Below are positions 13,180 through 24,619 of a stretch of DNA of 64,000 bases, piece after piece. Origin of the DNA: Leucoraja ocellata (taxonomy: Eukaryota); assembly GCA_036785375.1 (NCBI GenBank), contig JAWMAR010000030.1:7316001-7380000 (forward strand), in the 5' to 3' direction. The notes under the pieces are model-generated. The model did no database searches and had not been told where the DNA came from. It saw nothing but the letters and a program-made list of their open reading frames with translations. A program made the position numbers and the translations under genes. How positions within the stretch are numbered: position 1 is the stretch's first letter; every line of letters starts with the position of its first letter.

Positions 13180-13830
13180 CTTGTTTGAGAAGGAACTGCA
13201 GATGCTGGAAAAATCAAAGGTAGATAAAAATGCTGGAGAAACTCACCGGGTGAGGCAGCATCTATGGAGCGAAGGAATGGATGACGTTTTGGGTCGAGAC
13301 CCTTCTTCAGACTAATGTGGGGATGGTGGGGGCGGGAAAAAGAAAGGAAGAGGCCGAGGCAGTGGGCTGTGGGAGAGCTGGGAGGGGGAGGGGAAAGAGG
13401 GAGAAAGCAAGAACTACCTGAAATTGGAGGTCAATGTTGGCTGGGGTGTAAACTGCCAACGCGAAATATGAGGTCCTGCTCCTCCAACTTATGGTGGGAC
13501 TCACTCTGGCCATGGAGGAGAGGGAGGGGGAGAGAAAGCTAAAAGAGAGAAAGGGCTAGACAAAGTGTGACAGGCAATAGCTGAAACAGGCTAGGGCTTT
13601 TTTTGATAGGCGAATGGTTAGACATGAGATAAAAAATACTTGTGAGATGAAAAGATTAAGCAATTGCAACTGTGAATCCAGGGGAAGGTGCACTGTCGGT
13701 GGAGGGGAAGTGCAGAAATTGGTACACATCCAGGTGGGGCATGGAGTAGGGGGAGCAGTGAAAGATGGTCTCACAGACCTCCTGTCAGAGAAAGGAGGAG
13801 AACCTATTTAAAGTAAGCATATCTTGAGAT
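13180..13830 (-). mobile_element. Penelope-like retroelement fragments (pLTR plus decayed GIY-YIG region)
   Basis: Reverse complement of the pLTR at ~13183-13312, followed by sequence similar to the GIY-YIG C-terminus at 54330-54435 (gaggtcctgctcctccaactt, tcactctggccatggaggag). Confidence 0.8.
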
Positions 13831-14602
13831 GATTTATTTATTTATTTATTTAATCAGTAGTAGATCCTTCCTTGGGCAAAGAAACCGGATAAGTAACATT
13901 ATTCCAGGTAAGATCTCACCAGTGCCAAATGTAATTTGCAGTAAGACCTCTGGTACTCAACTCATATTACAATGAAGACCAATATACCATTTGCCTCTTA
14001 ATTTCATCTTATTTTACCTTTCATTTTACCATTACTACTGCAATTCACAGGAGGCTATTTTATTATATTAGGAAGTGACAGTAATTAAATTGATCATTTG
14101 TAAAGCCTTTCGCCCTGTACAAATTACTTAGTCTCTATCCCGACCAAACTACATCCTGACCCACTTAAGTTACCTCTGCCAGAATTACACCCCATCTCGT
14201 TTAAAGCTGACTGATCTTTATCTGAAATGTACTTACTTTACCTGAATTCATACTTCACCTGAATCACCCCACAAATTTACCCCCACTCACCCCACCACAC
14301 TTGAACTACAATGTACCGGCCAGATTTGAACTACATCTCATCCAAATGACATCCTGCCTTCACTACACCTGCTTCACTTGAATTGCATAATGTTCAAACT
14401 GGTCGGTATTCCATATGAATCATACCAACCCAAACCATATCCATCTTAAACTGCACCTCATCTAAAACACACCCAATTGTGCTTGAACTACACCTGCCCG
14501 AACCACTCAACCCATTTGAAGTAAACCTTGTCCAACTTCACCCTACCCCATTTAGTAAAGCCTGTCCAAAGTATATCCCATTCCATTAAAACAGTGCACT
14601 TC

Positions 14603-14740
14603 TGTGGGTGTGAGATTGCAACCTTCACGTGGTCCGCCCTGTTTCGACAAATGCAATCAACTTGGCGTGCACAATCGAGTAAGATCAAATAGAACAAGTT
14701 GTCCTGCAACTTTAGGCAGTGCACGCCATACGCAAGAAGA
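14603..14740 (+). mobile_element. ~140-bp short retroposon with AAG tail, 10-bp TSD
   Basis: TSD agtgcacttc at 14593-14602 and 14741-14750; a second copy lies at 41459-41596. Confidence 0.8.
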
Positions 14741-15224
14741 AGTGCACTTCCCAATCTACATCCCAACTCATTTGAACTACACCATGCTCAATTTGAAATA
14801 GGCACTGCCCAGGGTCTCGACACCAAACGTCACCTATTCCTTTTCTCCAGAGACGTTGCCTGACCCGCTGAGTTACTCCAGCATTTGTGTCTGTCGTCTG
14901 CCCAAACTATATCCTGCCTCACTTGAACCGTACCTTCCCAAAGAACACCCGGCCAGGCTCTGCCCAATTTACAATCTGCCTGATTTACACTCATCCAAAC
15001 TAAATCCCTCATGATTTAAAATTTGTTTGATTTATACTTTTCCTGACACTAGGTTTACACTTGCCTGATTTATACTGGGATTGTCGTTTGTTCTGCTCAG
15101 CCTATGTCAACGTTCAATGCGGGGAATGGTGTCCCTGGTGTAGACACAAAGAATGTGAACACTGTTAATTGGTGTGCTTTCTTGGCCATAGTTTCAATGT
15201 GACTGGTCCAGGACAAATTGTTGA

Positions 15225-15440
15225 AGAAAATCAACCATCTCTACTTCAGCACCATTAATGTCGACTGGGATGTGTGTACTGTTTCGCTTCCTGAAGTCAA
15301 TCACTATCTCCTTTGTCTTGCTGACATTGAGAGAGATGGTGTCATGGCACCAAGTTGCCAGCTTCTCAATCACCTTTCTGCACTCCATCTCACTGTTATT
15401 CGATATCCGGACCAATATGGTGGTGTACTGGCAGACTTGA
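15225..15440 (-). mobile_element. Rex1/Babar-type LINE RT fragment
   Basis: ORF 15194-15415 reads LATWCHDTISLNVSKTKEIVIDFRK..PVDINGAEVEMV, typical of the Rex1 RT C-terminal region. Confidence 0.85.
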
Positions 15441-15827
15441 TGTTAATCAATTGAGAAAATCAAACTTGATGTTAATTAAGGTCAATAACATTTCATCAGA
15501 ACATGTATTCTTTCCACGGATGCTGACTGACCTGCTGAGTGTTTCCATTTTTATTACCAAATACACACGTCTTGGTTGGAGGGAACAGACATTATCTGGG
15601 GCTAGACACCAGATACCTAGAAACATCAAAGATTTGAGAAAGATAGAGAAGGATAGACCTAGGTATCAATGGGCAACATGTCTTCCAATAATATGTTGCG
15701 GAGGGACAGAATATAAATGAGAAACAAGTGGTGACCAAGAATGGATTATTGTGAAGATTGTAAACGAGAGATTGAGAAAAAAAATAGTGATAGAATTTCC
15801 AACCCAGATAAAATTGTCCCCAGTGTT

Positions 15828-16448
15828 TCATAAAGGATTTGAGTATAGGAGCAGGGAGGTTCTATTGCAGTTGTACAGGGTCTTGGTGAGACCACACCTG
15901 GAGTATTGCGTACAGTTTTGGTCTCAAAATCTGAGGAAGGACATTATTGCCATAGAGGGAGTGCAGAGAAGGTTCACCAGACTGATTCCTGGGATGTCAG
16001 GACTTTCTTATGAAGAAAGACTGGATAGACTCGGCTTGTACTCGCTAGAATTTAGGAGATTGAGGGGGGATCTTATAGAAACTTACAACATTCTTAAGGG
16101 ATTGGACAGGCTAGATGCAGGAAGATTGTTCCCGATGTTGGGGAAGTCCAGGACAAGGGGTCACAGCTTAAGGATAGAGGGAAAATCCTTTAGGACCGAG
16201 ATGAGAAAAACATTTTTCACGCAGGGAGTGGTGAATCTCTGGAACTCTCTGCCACAGAAGGTAGTTGAGGCCAGTTCATTGGCTATATTTAAGAGGGAGT
16301 TAGATGTGGCCCTTGTGGCTAAAGGGTATGGAGAGAAGGCAGGTACGGGATACTGAGTTGGATGATCAGCCATGATCATATTGAATGGCGGTGCAGGCTC
16401 GAAGGGCCGAATGGCCTACTCCTGCACCTATTTTCTATGTTTCTATGT
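15828..16448 (+). mobile_element. 5'-truncated young CR1 (HER1-like) LINE
   Basis: KGFEYRSREVLLQLYRVLVRPHLEYCVQFW...GYGEKAGTGY*, followed by the 3' UTR and a (TTCTATGT)n tail; nearly identical to 19228-19860. Confidence 0.95.
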
Positions 16449-17213
16449 AGAGGCATGACAGAGAAGTTCTTGCTAGGATCCATGCATTCTGAAAGTCTGG
16501 GCTCGTGGTCTCCAATGGCCTTTTCTTGCATTCCATGGTGAGAAAAAGGATGTCCATAACAGTACATGAATGCTGGTTTACAGGATCAATGCAATCAGAT
16601 TGACATGTGGCTGCAGATCTTCAGTGGAGATGAATTGTTTACGCTAACATATGTAGTCAGGTGCCATCCCACTCTACCGGAGTTAAGGAATGGTAACTCT
16701 CTACGATGATTTAGCTCTTGCCTCAGCTGGGGCCAATGACACTTCCAATAACTCACTCACCCCCTGGGCAGCACCTGTTAACTTAGCACAGGGCAGCAAG
16801 CAAATATGTCAACTTCCTGGCTTCAATACTCAGTGCCATTGTACACGAGTCAGCAGGGGAGCAGCAAGACTTTGTTTTGTTACTTGAATAAAAAGCAACA
16901 CACATCTTGGAAATTCTGACCCCAGTTTACTGCTTTGCGACTGTATCACAAAAACAGTTCCTCGCCATTCTTCACACCTTCACTCCATTTTTGTTTGTTT
17001 GTTTCCACCTTAACATCCAAAGTTTGAAGACTGCTTACATACATGGTTTTATCTGGTGTCTCTGCTATCTGAGACCCTTGGTTCAATACTATATATATCT
17101 CAATGATGCACATGCGAGAAAAACATTTGGAATCAAATTCACTGCACTTTGCATCAGCACTTGGTGCTGTGCAGACACAACTCCAGTCTATCCTTTCTGC
17201 ACAATCTCTACAG

Positions 17214-17284
17214 TTTATCCCATGAAGACCTTGAGTTAGAAAGCTTGGAGGTGAGCCTGCAATATCCCAGCAGATTTTTAAAAG
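17214..17284 (+). other. MYOZ1: Candidate non-coding 5'-UTR exon of MYOZ1 (5' boundary uncertain)
   Basis: Perfect donor AAG|GTAAGT at 17284/5 (alternative GAG|GTGAGC at 17250/1), 412 nt upstream of the ATG-exon acceptor. Possible acceptor tctctacag at 17213, or a TSS after the TATA-like ctatatatat (17089-17098). E-boxes CAGCTG at 16724 and CACCTG at 16772. Confidence 0.5.
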
Positions 17285-17724
17285 GTAAGTCACCACAAAC
17301 ATCTTATAGTAAGATAATGTTGGATAGTCTTGGCAGTGGTTGCATCTCCCTGGATTTGTAAGGAGTAATGTATCTTTGGTTCAGATTTTATGTGGTTGAC
17401 CTAATATAAGGGCAACTGTTCTCTTTCAATATCTTTGCCAAATAAATGTTTGGCTGCAGAAAATAGGAATAAGACTGAACATTTTATTCACTTTCTTGCA
17501 TGCATTCCCTGCGGTGTTTTCAGTATGTGCTCAATATATCAAGATCAAAACATTTGTGTTTCTTAAATCACCAATTTTGGGGTACTTAATGAGAATTAGA
17601 CAAAATGTAAATGCTTTTGGCAGTAGTTAGTGGGAATGTTACCCCGGGTGTAAATGTAATTGCCAATGAGTGTGGTTTCTTTTCTTCACCCTCCAGTGGC
17701 AAGAAAGGATAGACTCCATCGACC

Positions 17725-17800
17725 ATGCCGTTAGCTGGGACACCCGCGCCCTCCAAGAGGAAAAAGTCGTCGAGAACCATTATAAAAACGTTGAAGGATG
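17725..17800 (+). CDS. MYOZ1: Myozenin-1 (calsarcin-2/FATZ) coding exon 1; the exon starts at 17697
   Basis: Acceptor ttcttcaccctccag at 17696; accATG; MPLAGTPAPSKRKKSSRTIIKTLKD (human MPLSGTPAPNKKRKSS); donor G|GTAGGT, phase 1. Confidence 0.92.
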
Positions 17801-18144
17801 GTAGGTCCTGGACATGAGAATCTCTCCACACACATCGAGGATCACAGCCCTCCCTATAAAGATACCAAGCTCTTCCAAAAAAAGCTGAAGCAGTTACTCG
17901 GATTACAGGGTCATTTATCTTGGTGCTTGAATTTATCCACAGCTGATTTGCAATGCGGTAAACTGTTAAATGGCCTTTCTGCCTAATGCCGGCATTTCTA
18001 TGATTAGTTGTGGTTGATATGAAGTAGCTGTGAGGAGTTTTGCAGGCTGCGTCTTATTAATAAACATCTAATTTCCCCCTAGATTAAAAATAAATCAGTC
18101 ACTGATTGATTGACACCCCGACAATGAAACATTGAATAATTTTG

Positions 18145-18240
18145 GAGGTAGACAAAAGTGCTGGAGAAACTCAGCGGGCGAGGCAGCATCTATGGAGCGA
18201 AGGAAATAGGCAACGTTTCGGGCCGAAACCCTTCTTCAGA
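18145..18240 (-). mobile_element. Penelope-derived pLTR fragment in MYOZ1 intron
   Basis: gctggagaaactcagcgggcgaggcagcatctatggagcgaaggaaataggcaacgtttcgggccgaaacccttcttcaga is the reverse complement of the family consensus. Confidence 0.85.
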
Positions 18241-18558
18241 TATCCTTTTAATCTGGATATCCTCTTAATCTAAGCTTCCTGCAAACTTTGATTTAAAAAA
18301 ACCCGTGCAGAGCCAGAGATCTCCCCTCTCCTCTCAGGAGTACACGTCAGTCCTTGGAGCTGGCGAATGCAAACAGCTGAAGATATGTGTGATTTACGGA
18401 GTGCAATGTCTGTAATATTTGCCACGCTGGCCTGTAATTTCAGCCTCCAAGGCGAGAGGAATTGGCGAGGCGCGCAGTTCAATAAATACCCAGCGCCAAA
18501 GGTGGGTCTCGCTGTCACTAATAATTATTTTACGATTTTAAACAATTTTCTGTAACAG

Positions 18559-18728
18559 CCGGGGCCGAGATTAACTTCGGGAAGAAGATCAGCATCCCTC
18601 GGGATGTGATGTTGGAGGAACTGTCCCTGATGAATAATAAAGGCTCGCAGATGTTTAAAGAGCGGCAGATCAGGGTCGAGAGGTTCATCTATGAGTCACA
18701 TCCCGACGTCTTTCACCCAGATTCGATG
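18559..18728 (+). CDS. MYOZ1: MYOZ1 coding exon 2
   Basis: tgtaacag| AGAEINFGKKISIPRDVMLEELSLMNNKGSQMFKERQIRVERFIYESHPDVFHPDSM |gtaggc; calsarcin N-terminal conserved block; phases 1 to 0. Confidence 0.96.
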
Positions 18729-18875
18729 GTAGGCATTTCTTCCTTCGGGATGTTACCAGTTAAAACCCAACCTCTAATGCTGCCTCTGAACACATCTTGA
18801 AACAACACGTTCCCACATATCCTTCCCACTCATGCTACCTCTCCATTTCTTCTTGTGTATTTTCTAATATTATCT

Positions 18876-19862
18876 AATATTAATGATCTGGATGAGGGAA
18901 TTGAAGGCAATATCTCCAAGTTTGCGGATGACACTAAGCTGGGGGGCAGTGTTAGCTGTGAGGAGGATGCTAGGAGACTGCAGGGTGACTTGGATAGGCT
19001 GGGTGAGTGGGCAAATGTTTGGCAGATGCAGTATAATGTGGATAAATGTGAGGTTATCCATTTTGGTGGCAAAAACAGGAAAGCAGACTATTATCTAAAT
19101 GGTGGCCGATTGGGAAAGGGGGAGATGCAGCGAGACCTGGGTGTCATGGTACACCAGTCATTGAAGGTAGGCATGCAGGTGCAGCAGGCAGTAAAGAAAG
19201 CGAATGGTTTGTTAGCTTTCATTGCAAAAGGATTTGAGTATAGGAGCAGAGAGGTTCTACTGCAGTTGTACAGGGTCTTGGTGAGACCACACCTGGAGTA
19301 TTGCGTACAGTTTTGGTCTCCAAATCTGAGGAAGGACATTATTGCCATAGAGGGAGTGCAGAGACGGTTCACCAGACTGATTCCTGGGATGTCAGGACTG
19401 TCTTATGAAGAAAGACTGGATAGACTTGGTTTATACTCTCTAGAATTTAGAAGATTGAGAGGGGATCTTATAGAAACTTACAAAATTCTTAAGGGGTTGG
19501 ACAGGCTAGATGCAGGAAGATTGTTCCCGATGTTAGGGAAGTCCAGGACAAGGGGTCACAGCTTAAGGATAAAGGGGAAATCCTTTAAAACCGAGATGAG
19601 AAGAACTTTTTTCACGCAGAGAGTGGTGAATCTCTGGAACTCTCTGCCACAGAGGGTAGTTGAGGCCAGTTCATTGGCTATATTTAAGAGGGAGTTAGAT
19701 GTGGCCCTTGTGGCTAAGGGGATCAGGGGGTATGGAGAGAAGGCAGGTACGGGATACTGAGTTGGATGATCAGCCATGATCATATTGAATGGCGGTGCAG
19801 GCTCAAAGGGCCGAATGGCCTACTCCTGCACCTAATTTCTATGTCTATGTTTCTATGTTTCT
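18876..19862 (+). mobile_element. 5'-truncated young CR1 (HER1-like) LINE with intact RT C-terminal ORF
   Basis: INDLDEGIEGNISKFADDTKLGG (RT FADD motif) through GYGEKAGTGY*, then the 3' UTR and ctatgt repeat tail. Confidence 0.96.
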
Positions 19863-20292
19863 AATGGCTGATAGCGAACATCTGCCATTTAAGATAAAGG
19901 GAATCCCAATACAAGATGTGGCCATTTATATGCTGGCGTGGAGTAGCCGCAGAATGTTATCATATCTCCAGCCTTACCCCAATGATATATACGCCTTCAT
20001 GGTTAAAAAAGAGAAACCTGAAACTACATTAACAAGAGGAATGGGAAGAATAGGATAGCCATTGGAAATAGCGACCAAATAGGGAACCTATCTCTATAAA
20101 GTGGACTGTATACACAAAGCAATTATAATATTATCTTCAGTGAGAGAGACATGTTCCAAGGCATACTGAATGAAAATAATACAAATTGGATATGGGATAT
20201 GTGCAAGTGATGAATAAAACTTGACTTGACTTGAATTTATATTGAATTGACTCCTTAGCTTTTGTAGCACCTGACAGCCTCTGCATTATATA

Positions 20293-20527
20293 TGTGTTCA
20301 AGAAGGAACTGCAGATGCTGGAAGATCGAAGGTACACAAAAATGCTGGAGAAACTCAGCGGGTGCAGCAGCATCCATGGAGCGAAGGAAATAGGCGACGT
20401 TTCGGGCCGAAACCCTTCTTCAGACTCAGACGTCTGAAGAAGGGTTTCGGCCCGAAACGTCGCCTATTTCCTTCGCTCCATAAATGTTGCTGCACCCGCT
20501 GAGTTTCTCCAGCATTTTTGTGTACCT
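20293..20527. mobile_element. Penelope-derived fold-back element with 13-bp TSD
   Basis: 98-bp inverted arms 20328-20425 / 20432-20529 (3 mismatches); TSD tctgcattatata at 20280-20292 and 20528-20540. Confidence 0.9.
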
Positions 20528-20799
20528 TCTGCATTATATACTTCACTCCTGATTTTAAGCCATGTTGAATGTTTTGCAAGCATACTTTACACAATGCCAA
20601 CTTGTATCACAATTTCAAACATACCAGATCTGCTCACGGTCTGATTTAATCCATCTGACTGATATTCAGCCTCATTTTTACCCATATCCAATTTGTATTA
20701 TATTCATTTTCTTTTCTCTTGAAGTTGATGCATAAATTAGTTTTATCACCATATTGGGTTTGGTCTAAATTAAAATGTATAGAATTTTAATCCAAGAAG

Positions 20800-21800
20800 A
20801 GGATTAGGCTGAGGGGAGACCGGATAGAAGTATATGAAATGATGAGTGACATACGTCGTCATGCAGATTGAATTAATAAAGTTGGAAAAAAAGAGTCAAG
20901 AGAATGAATTCATGGAGTGCATTTGGGATCATTTTTTAGAAGAATATATTGCAGAGCCAGCAAAAAACAGGTCACCTTGGATCTGATAATAAGTAATGTA
21001 GCAGGTTTTTAATTAATAACCACAGTGTAAAAGATCATAGTATGATAATATTTTGTAATTAATTTGGGAGGGAGAAATTTGGGTCAGAAACAGTTGTGTT
21101 TAACTTAAAGGAAGGAATTGCAATGAATGTGGATTTAATAGGCTATCGTTGACTGGACTGATAAATTAATGGGGAAGACAATTGATGATAAAGGCAAATG
21201 GGTAAGAAGGTAATTCATAACTACTCAGCAGATTAATCATAGTAAGGAGAAACATTTCCATGGAAAGGATGAACCAAGCAGAGCTAACCAAGAAATTGAA
21301 CAAAGGTATTTAAAGAGAAAACATATAGAGGCAAACATCAGCAATGGACTTGAAGACTGGAATACATTCGGCATCAGGCAAAGGAGGCCAATCATTATAA
21401 TAAATGGAGGAAATATACTATGAGAGTAAATATATGGGAGTGTAAACCTGGACAATAAGAGGTTCTTAAAGGAAGAATCAAGTCCCTGATCATTTGGCCC
21501 CTTACAAAATGAGCTTGTCAAATAGTTTTGAGGTAGAAAGACGTGGCAGATGAATTAAACGGAGACTTTGCACCCATTTTTATAGTGGGTATAAGATACT
21601 ACAACATTCCAATAATACTGAATGATGAAGGGAGAAATTAAATACCCTCACCATCACAAGAGATTTAGAATGAAGCCAACTAATGAGGTGAATGACTGAT
21701 TATTTCCTGGACCGATGGCTTTTATAATAGAATGCTAAAATGAATAGCTATTGAGGTAATGGATGCACTACTTACAGTATATCTTTCACAAATCCTTTTA
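20800..21800 (+). mobile_element. Old degenerate CR1 ORF2 fragment
   Basis: Decayed EFMECI..FLEEYIAEP..TLDLIISN-like endonuclease-end sequence and the downstream linker; many stops. Confidence 0.6.
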
Positions 21801-21850
21801 AAAGTTTAAAAGTTTATTGTTTTTTTTTCTTTGCTATTTTAATTTTCCAG

Positions 21851-22103
21851 GAAAACTTTCAGAAATACCTTCCTGGCTCTGGTGTTCTGCTGACGACTGG
21901 GCCAGGTGGTGTTCAGATAATGGACTCCAAATTCCAAAGTGGGTACAGCCACCATGGTACATATGGAAAGGGCACAGCACCAGCGCCATACCCCAAACCT
22001 CAGCATCTTGCTGCTGTCTCCGGGATCATTGGAAAACATGGAAGTGGCCAGGGAGAAGGAGGAAGCGGTGAGGCTGGAGGTGCAGCAGGAAGTGGGGTTC
22101 ATG
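21851..22103 (+). CDS. MYOZ1: MYOZ1 coding exon 3 (Gly-rich region)
   Basis: aattttccag| ENFQKYLPGSG...GSGQGEGGSGEAGGAAGSGVH G|gtaagc; phases 0 to 1; human has DHFQKFLP plus a Gly-rich segment here. Confidence 0.93.
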
Positions 22104-23769
22104 GTAAGCATGTGAACGAGATTCACCCCAACAAAACCAAATAGCTTTGCAGAAAGTGTCGAAGACCTGAGGAAATCACCCTTGAACCTTGTCAGTAAAC
22201 ATGTGAGGTTCTCTGAAGCTGTTCACCTGTCAGAGTCTAATTCAACTCATGATACATGTTTGAATTGGAGGGAGGGATTAATGGGGATAATAGATGGAAA
22301 AACCAAGGGGCAGTTTTGTTGTGTCTTGGAGTGAGAGAGGTCAATCTATCTCCGAAGAGTCACCATTCTAGTGACCCCACAGTCTACAGAAGGCTTGGAA
22401 ATGCCAATGAGAATGAGGCATCCATGTGGCTTGAGTATTAGATGACATGTCTACATTTTACACAGTGAGCAGAGCTGCTCAGAAAATAAAGATGCTAACC
22501 AATTTGAAAGTAATTTAAAACTTATATGAAGCTCAGGCACTGAATTAATTAAAATTGTATTTGTCTGGCCAAGAAACAGCAACAGTAATGTTAACCTAGA
22601 CCAATGTATGCAAAGTTAGGAAGTAAAATGGATCTTATGGTGTCTTTCAAAACTTCAAAATATCCCAGCAACAGTTTGCTGCCAATTAACTTATTTTGGA
22701 ATTGTTTCTTAGTTATGAATGGATTGAACTGCTTCATATATTTTCCAGAATTGCTTTTTTTTTTTGTCAGGATTTTCATAGAATTTGTTATTTGTGAAGA
22801 ACTTGGGAAAAGTGAAGCAATTCTTATCCTTCGACCAATTGGTAACAAAAAGGAAGCATATTTTTCTGGACATCGTTGGGAGTGTGACTGGCAGTGACAA
22901 TGGCATATTTAAATCCCTGCTGAACTATTGTGAAGACAATGTTGGGTCTTCAACTTGAGTCGAGCTGCTGCAGGCCAATCGACAGATGGGACTTGAGCAA
23001 GCTACCTGAAAAGGCTTCGCAACAACTCCAGATTTTGGTCCTTGGCCTCACTCTCTGAGGAAATGAATTATCAATCTACAGCTTGCTTATGATTGTATTT
23101 AGCTGCAGGCCCCCTCGGATAATTGGTCTCAAGTGTTCAGGGAGCCATATTGATGATTTGACTCATGAGTAGCAAATGAAATCAGACATAAAGTTGATAA
23201 GTCATAGGAGCAGAATTAGGTCATTCAGTCCATCGAGTCTACTCTGCCATTCAGTCCTAGTTGGTCTATCTTTCCCTCGCAACCCCATTCTGCTGCCTCC
23301 TCCACATAATCTTTGTCACCTTTACTAATCAAGAATCTGTCAATTGCCACTTTAAAAATACCCAATTACTTGGCCGCCTCATTTTAGATTCACCAAGGAA
23401 ACTGTTCCTATATCTATCATGTCAATCCCAGTCAGAATGTCCCACTTAAATCACATCTCATTTTTCTTAACACTGGCAAATCTTACTTAATCTTTCATCA
23501 TAAGGTAACTCCATCATTCCTGGAATCATATAACCTACTCCAACATCTAGTTCATGTTCTGTCCTTAAATGCCCAGGGACTGTGTAAATCCAATTGCACT
23601 GTGTAGAGTCACATTAATGGGTACTGGTAATCTTTCGTCTCTGGTCTCCTGGTGATCAGGATTATGTGAATGTTAAAGTGGCACGATCAGGAATGTTAAA
23701 CTGGCATCATGTTTAAATGCATGATTGCTCAGCTGCTCATGTTTTACTGTGCTGTTTGCTCCCTGACAG

Positions 23770-23959
23770 GTGGTGGTGGTGGTGAAGATGGGAAGGGAGC
23801 TGGAGCAGGAGGCAAAAAGCACACATCGGTAATCAAAACCTACTTATCACCCTGGGAACAGGCCATGGGGAATGATGCGGATCTGAAGTCCACCATGAAT
23901 CTGCACATGGCGTTACCAGGTTCTGCAACCAAACTTCATGCCTACAAGTGTTTCAACAG
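23770..23959 (+). CDS. MYOZ1: MYOZ1 coding exon 4
   Basis: ccctgacag| GGGGGEDGKGAGAGGKKHTSVIKTYLSPWEQAMG...YKCFN R|gtgaga; phases 1 to 2. Confidence 0.95.
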
Positions 23960-24247
23960 GTGAGATTCCTGACTTAAAGTGAACAGAAGGTGTAAGAATT
24001 AGTTACCCAGTAATTAAATCACATTGACGGAGATGTTTAACCTCTTCTCCTTTGGTTGATTATCTGTCCAATTGCAGGAAATGAAAACAAGGGAGTAGGA
24101 TATGGATAGAAAGGATGGGAGAGATGTGGGGGCAGATGTAGCATATGGGTATGAAATCCACTCTGTCTGAAGTGAAAATCCTCCCTGCTCAATCCCAGTT
24201 CTCGCTACTTCTATGTAATCCCACTTTCGCATCCACTCCCATATTAG

Positions 24248-24450
24248 GGACAATTTTACAAGAGGCCAATTAACCTACAAACCTACACATGTTTGGGATG
24301 TGGGAGGAAACCAGTGCGTGGGAAGGAAACCCACACAGTTACAGGGAAAACATGCTAACTCCACACAGACAGCACCAGAGGTCAGGATCGAACCCGGGTG
24401 TATGGCGCTGTGAGGCAAAAACGCTACCAGCTACGCTACTGTACCACCAT
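24248..24450 (-). mobile_element. tRNA-derived V-SINE (HE1-like)
   Basis: Minus strand reads ggtggtacagtagcgtagctggtagcg (A box), cccgggttcgatcctgacc (B box), then the V-domain gtgtggagttagcatgttttccctgt..ggtttcctcccacatcc. Confidence 0.85.
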
Positions 24451-24619
24451 GTGTGCATGAGGATAGTGATTTTGACCTACTTTTCACAGAATTTTGCAGA
24501 TATTTTACAAAACCCTACAAGGCAGATTGATTATAATGTGAATGACTACGTGGTCCAAAACAAATGGTGGCTCTTGGATTACATTTTTTTTTCAGTGGGA
24601 GAAAGGAAAGAGTATTAAA

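Noticed and set aside
15751-16356. 201-aa ORF (and the 301-aa ORF at 18855-19760) as host genes
   Set aside because: Both are CR1 reverse-transcriptase C-terminal fragments.
24380-24450. tRNA gene
   Set aside because: The A/B boxes belong to the head of a V-SINE; no full cloverleaf.
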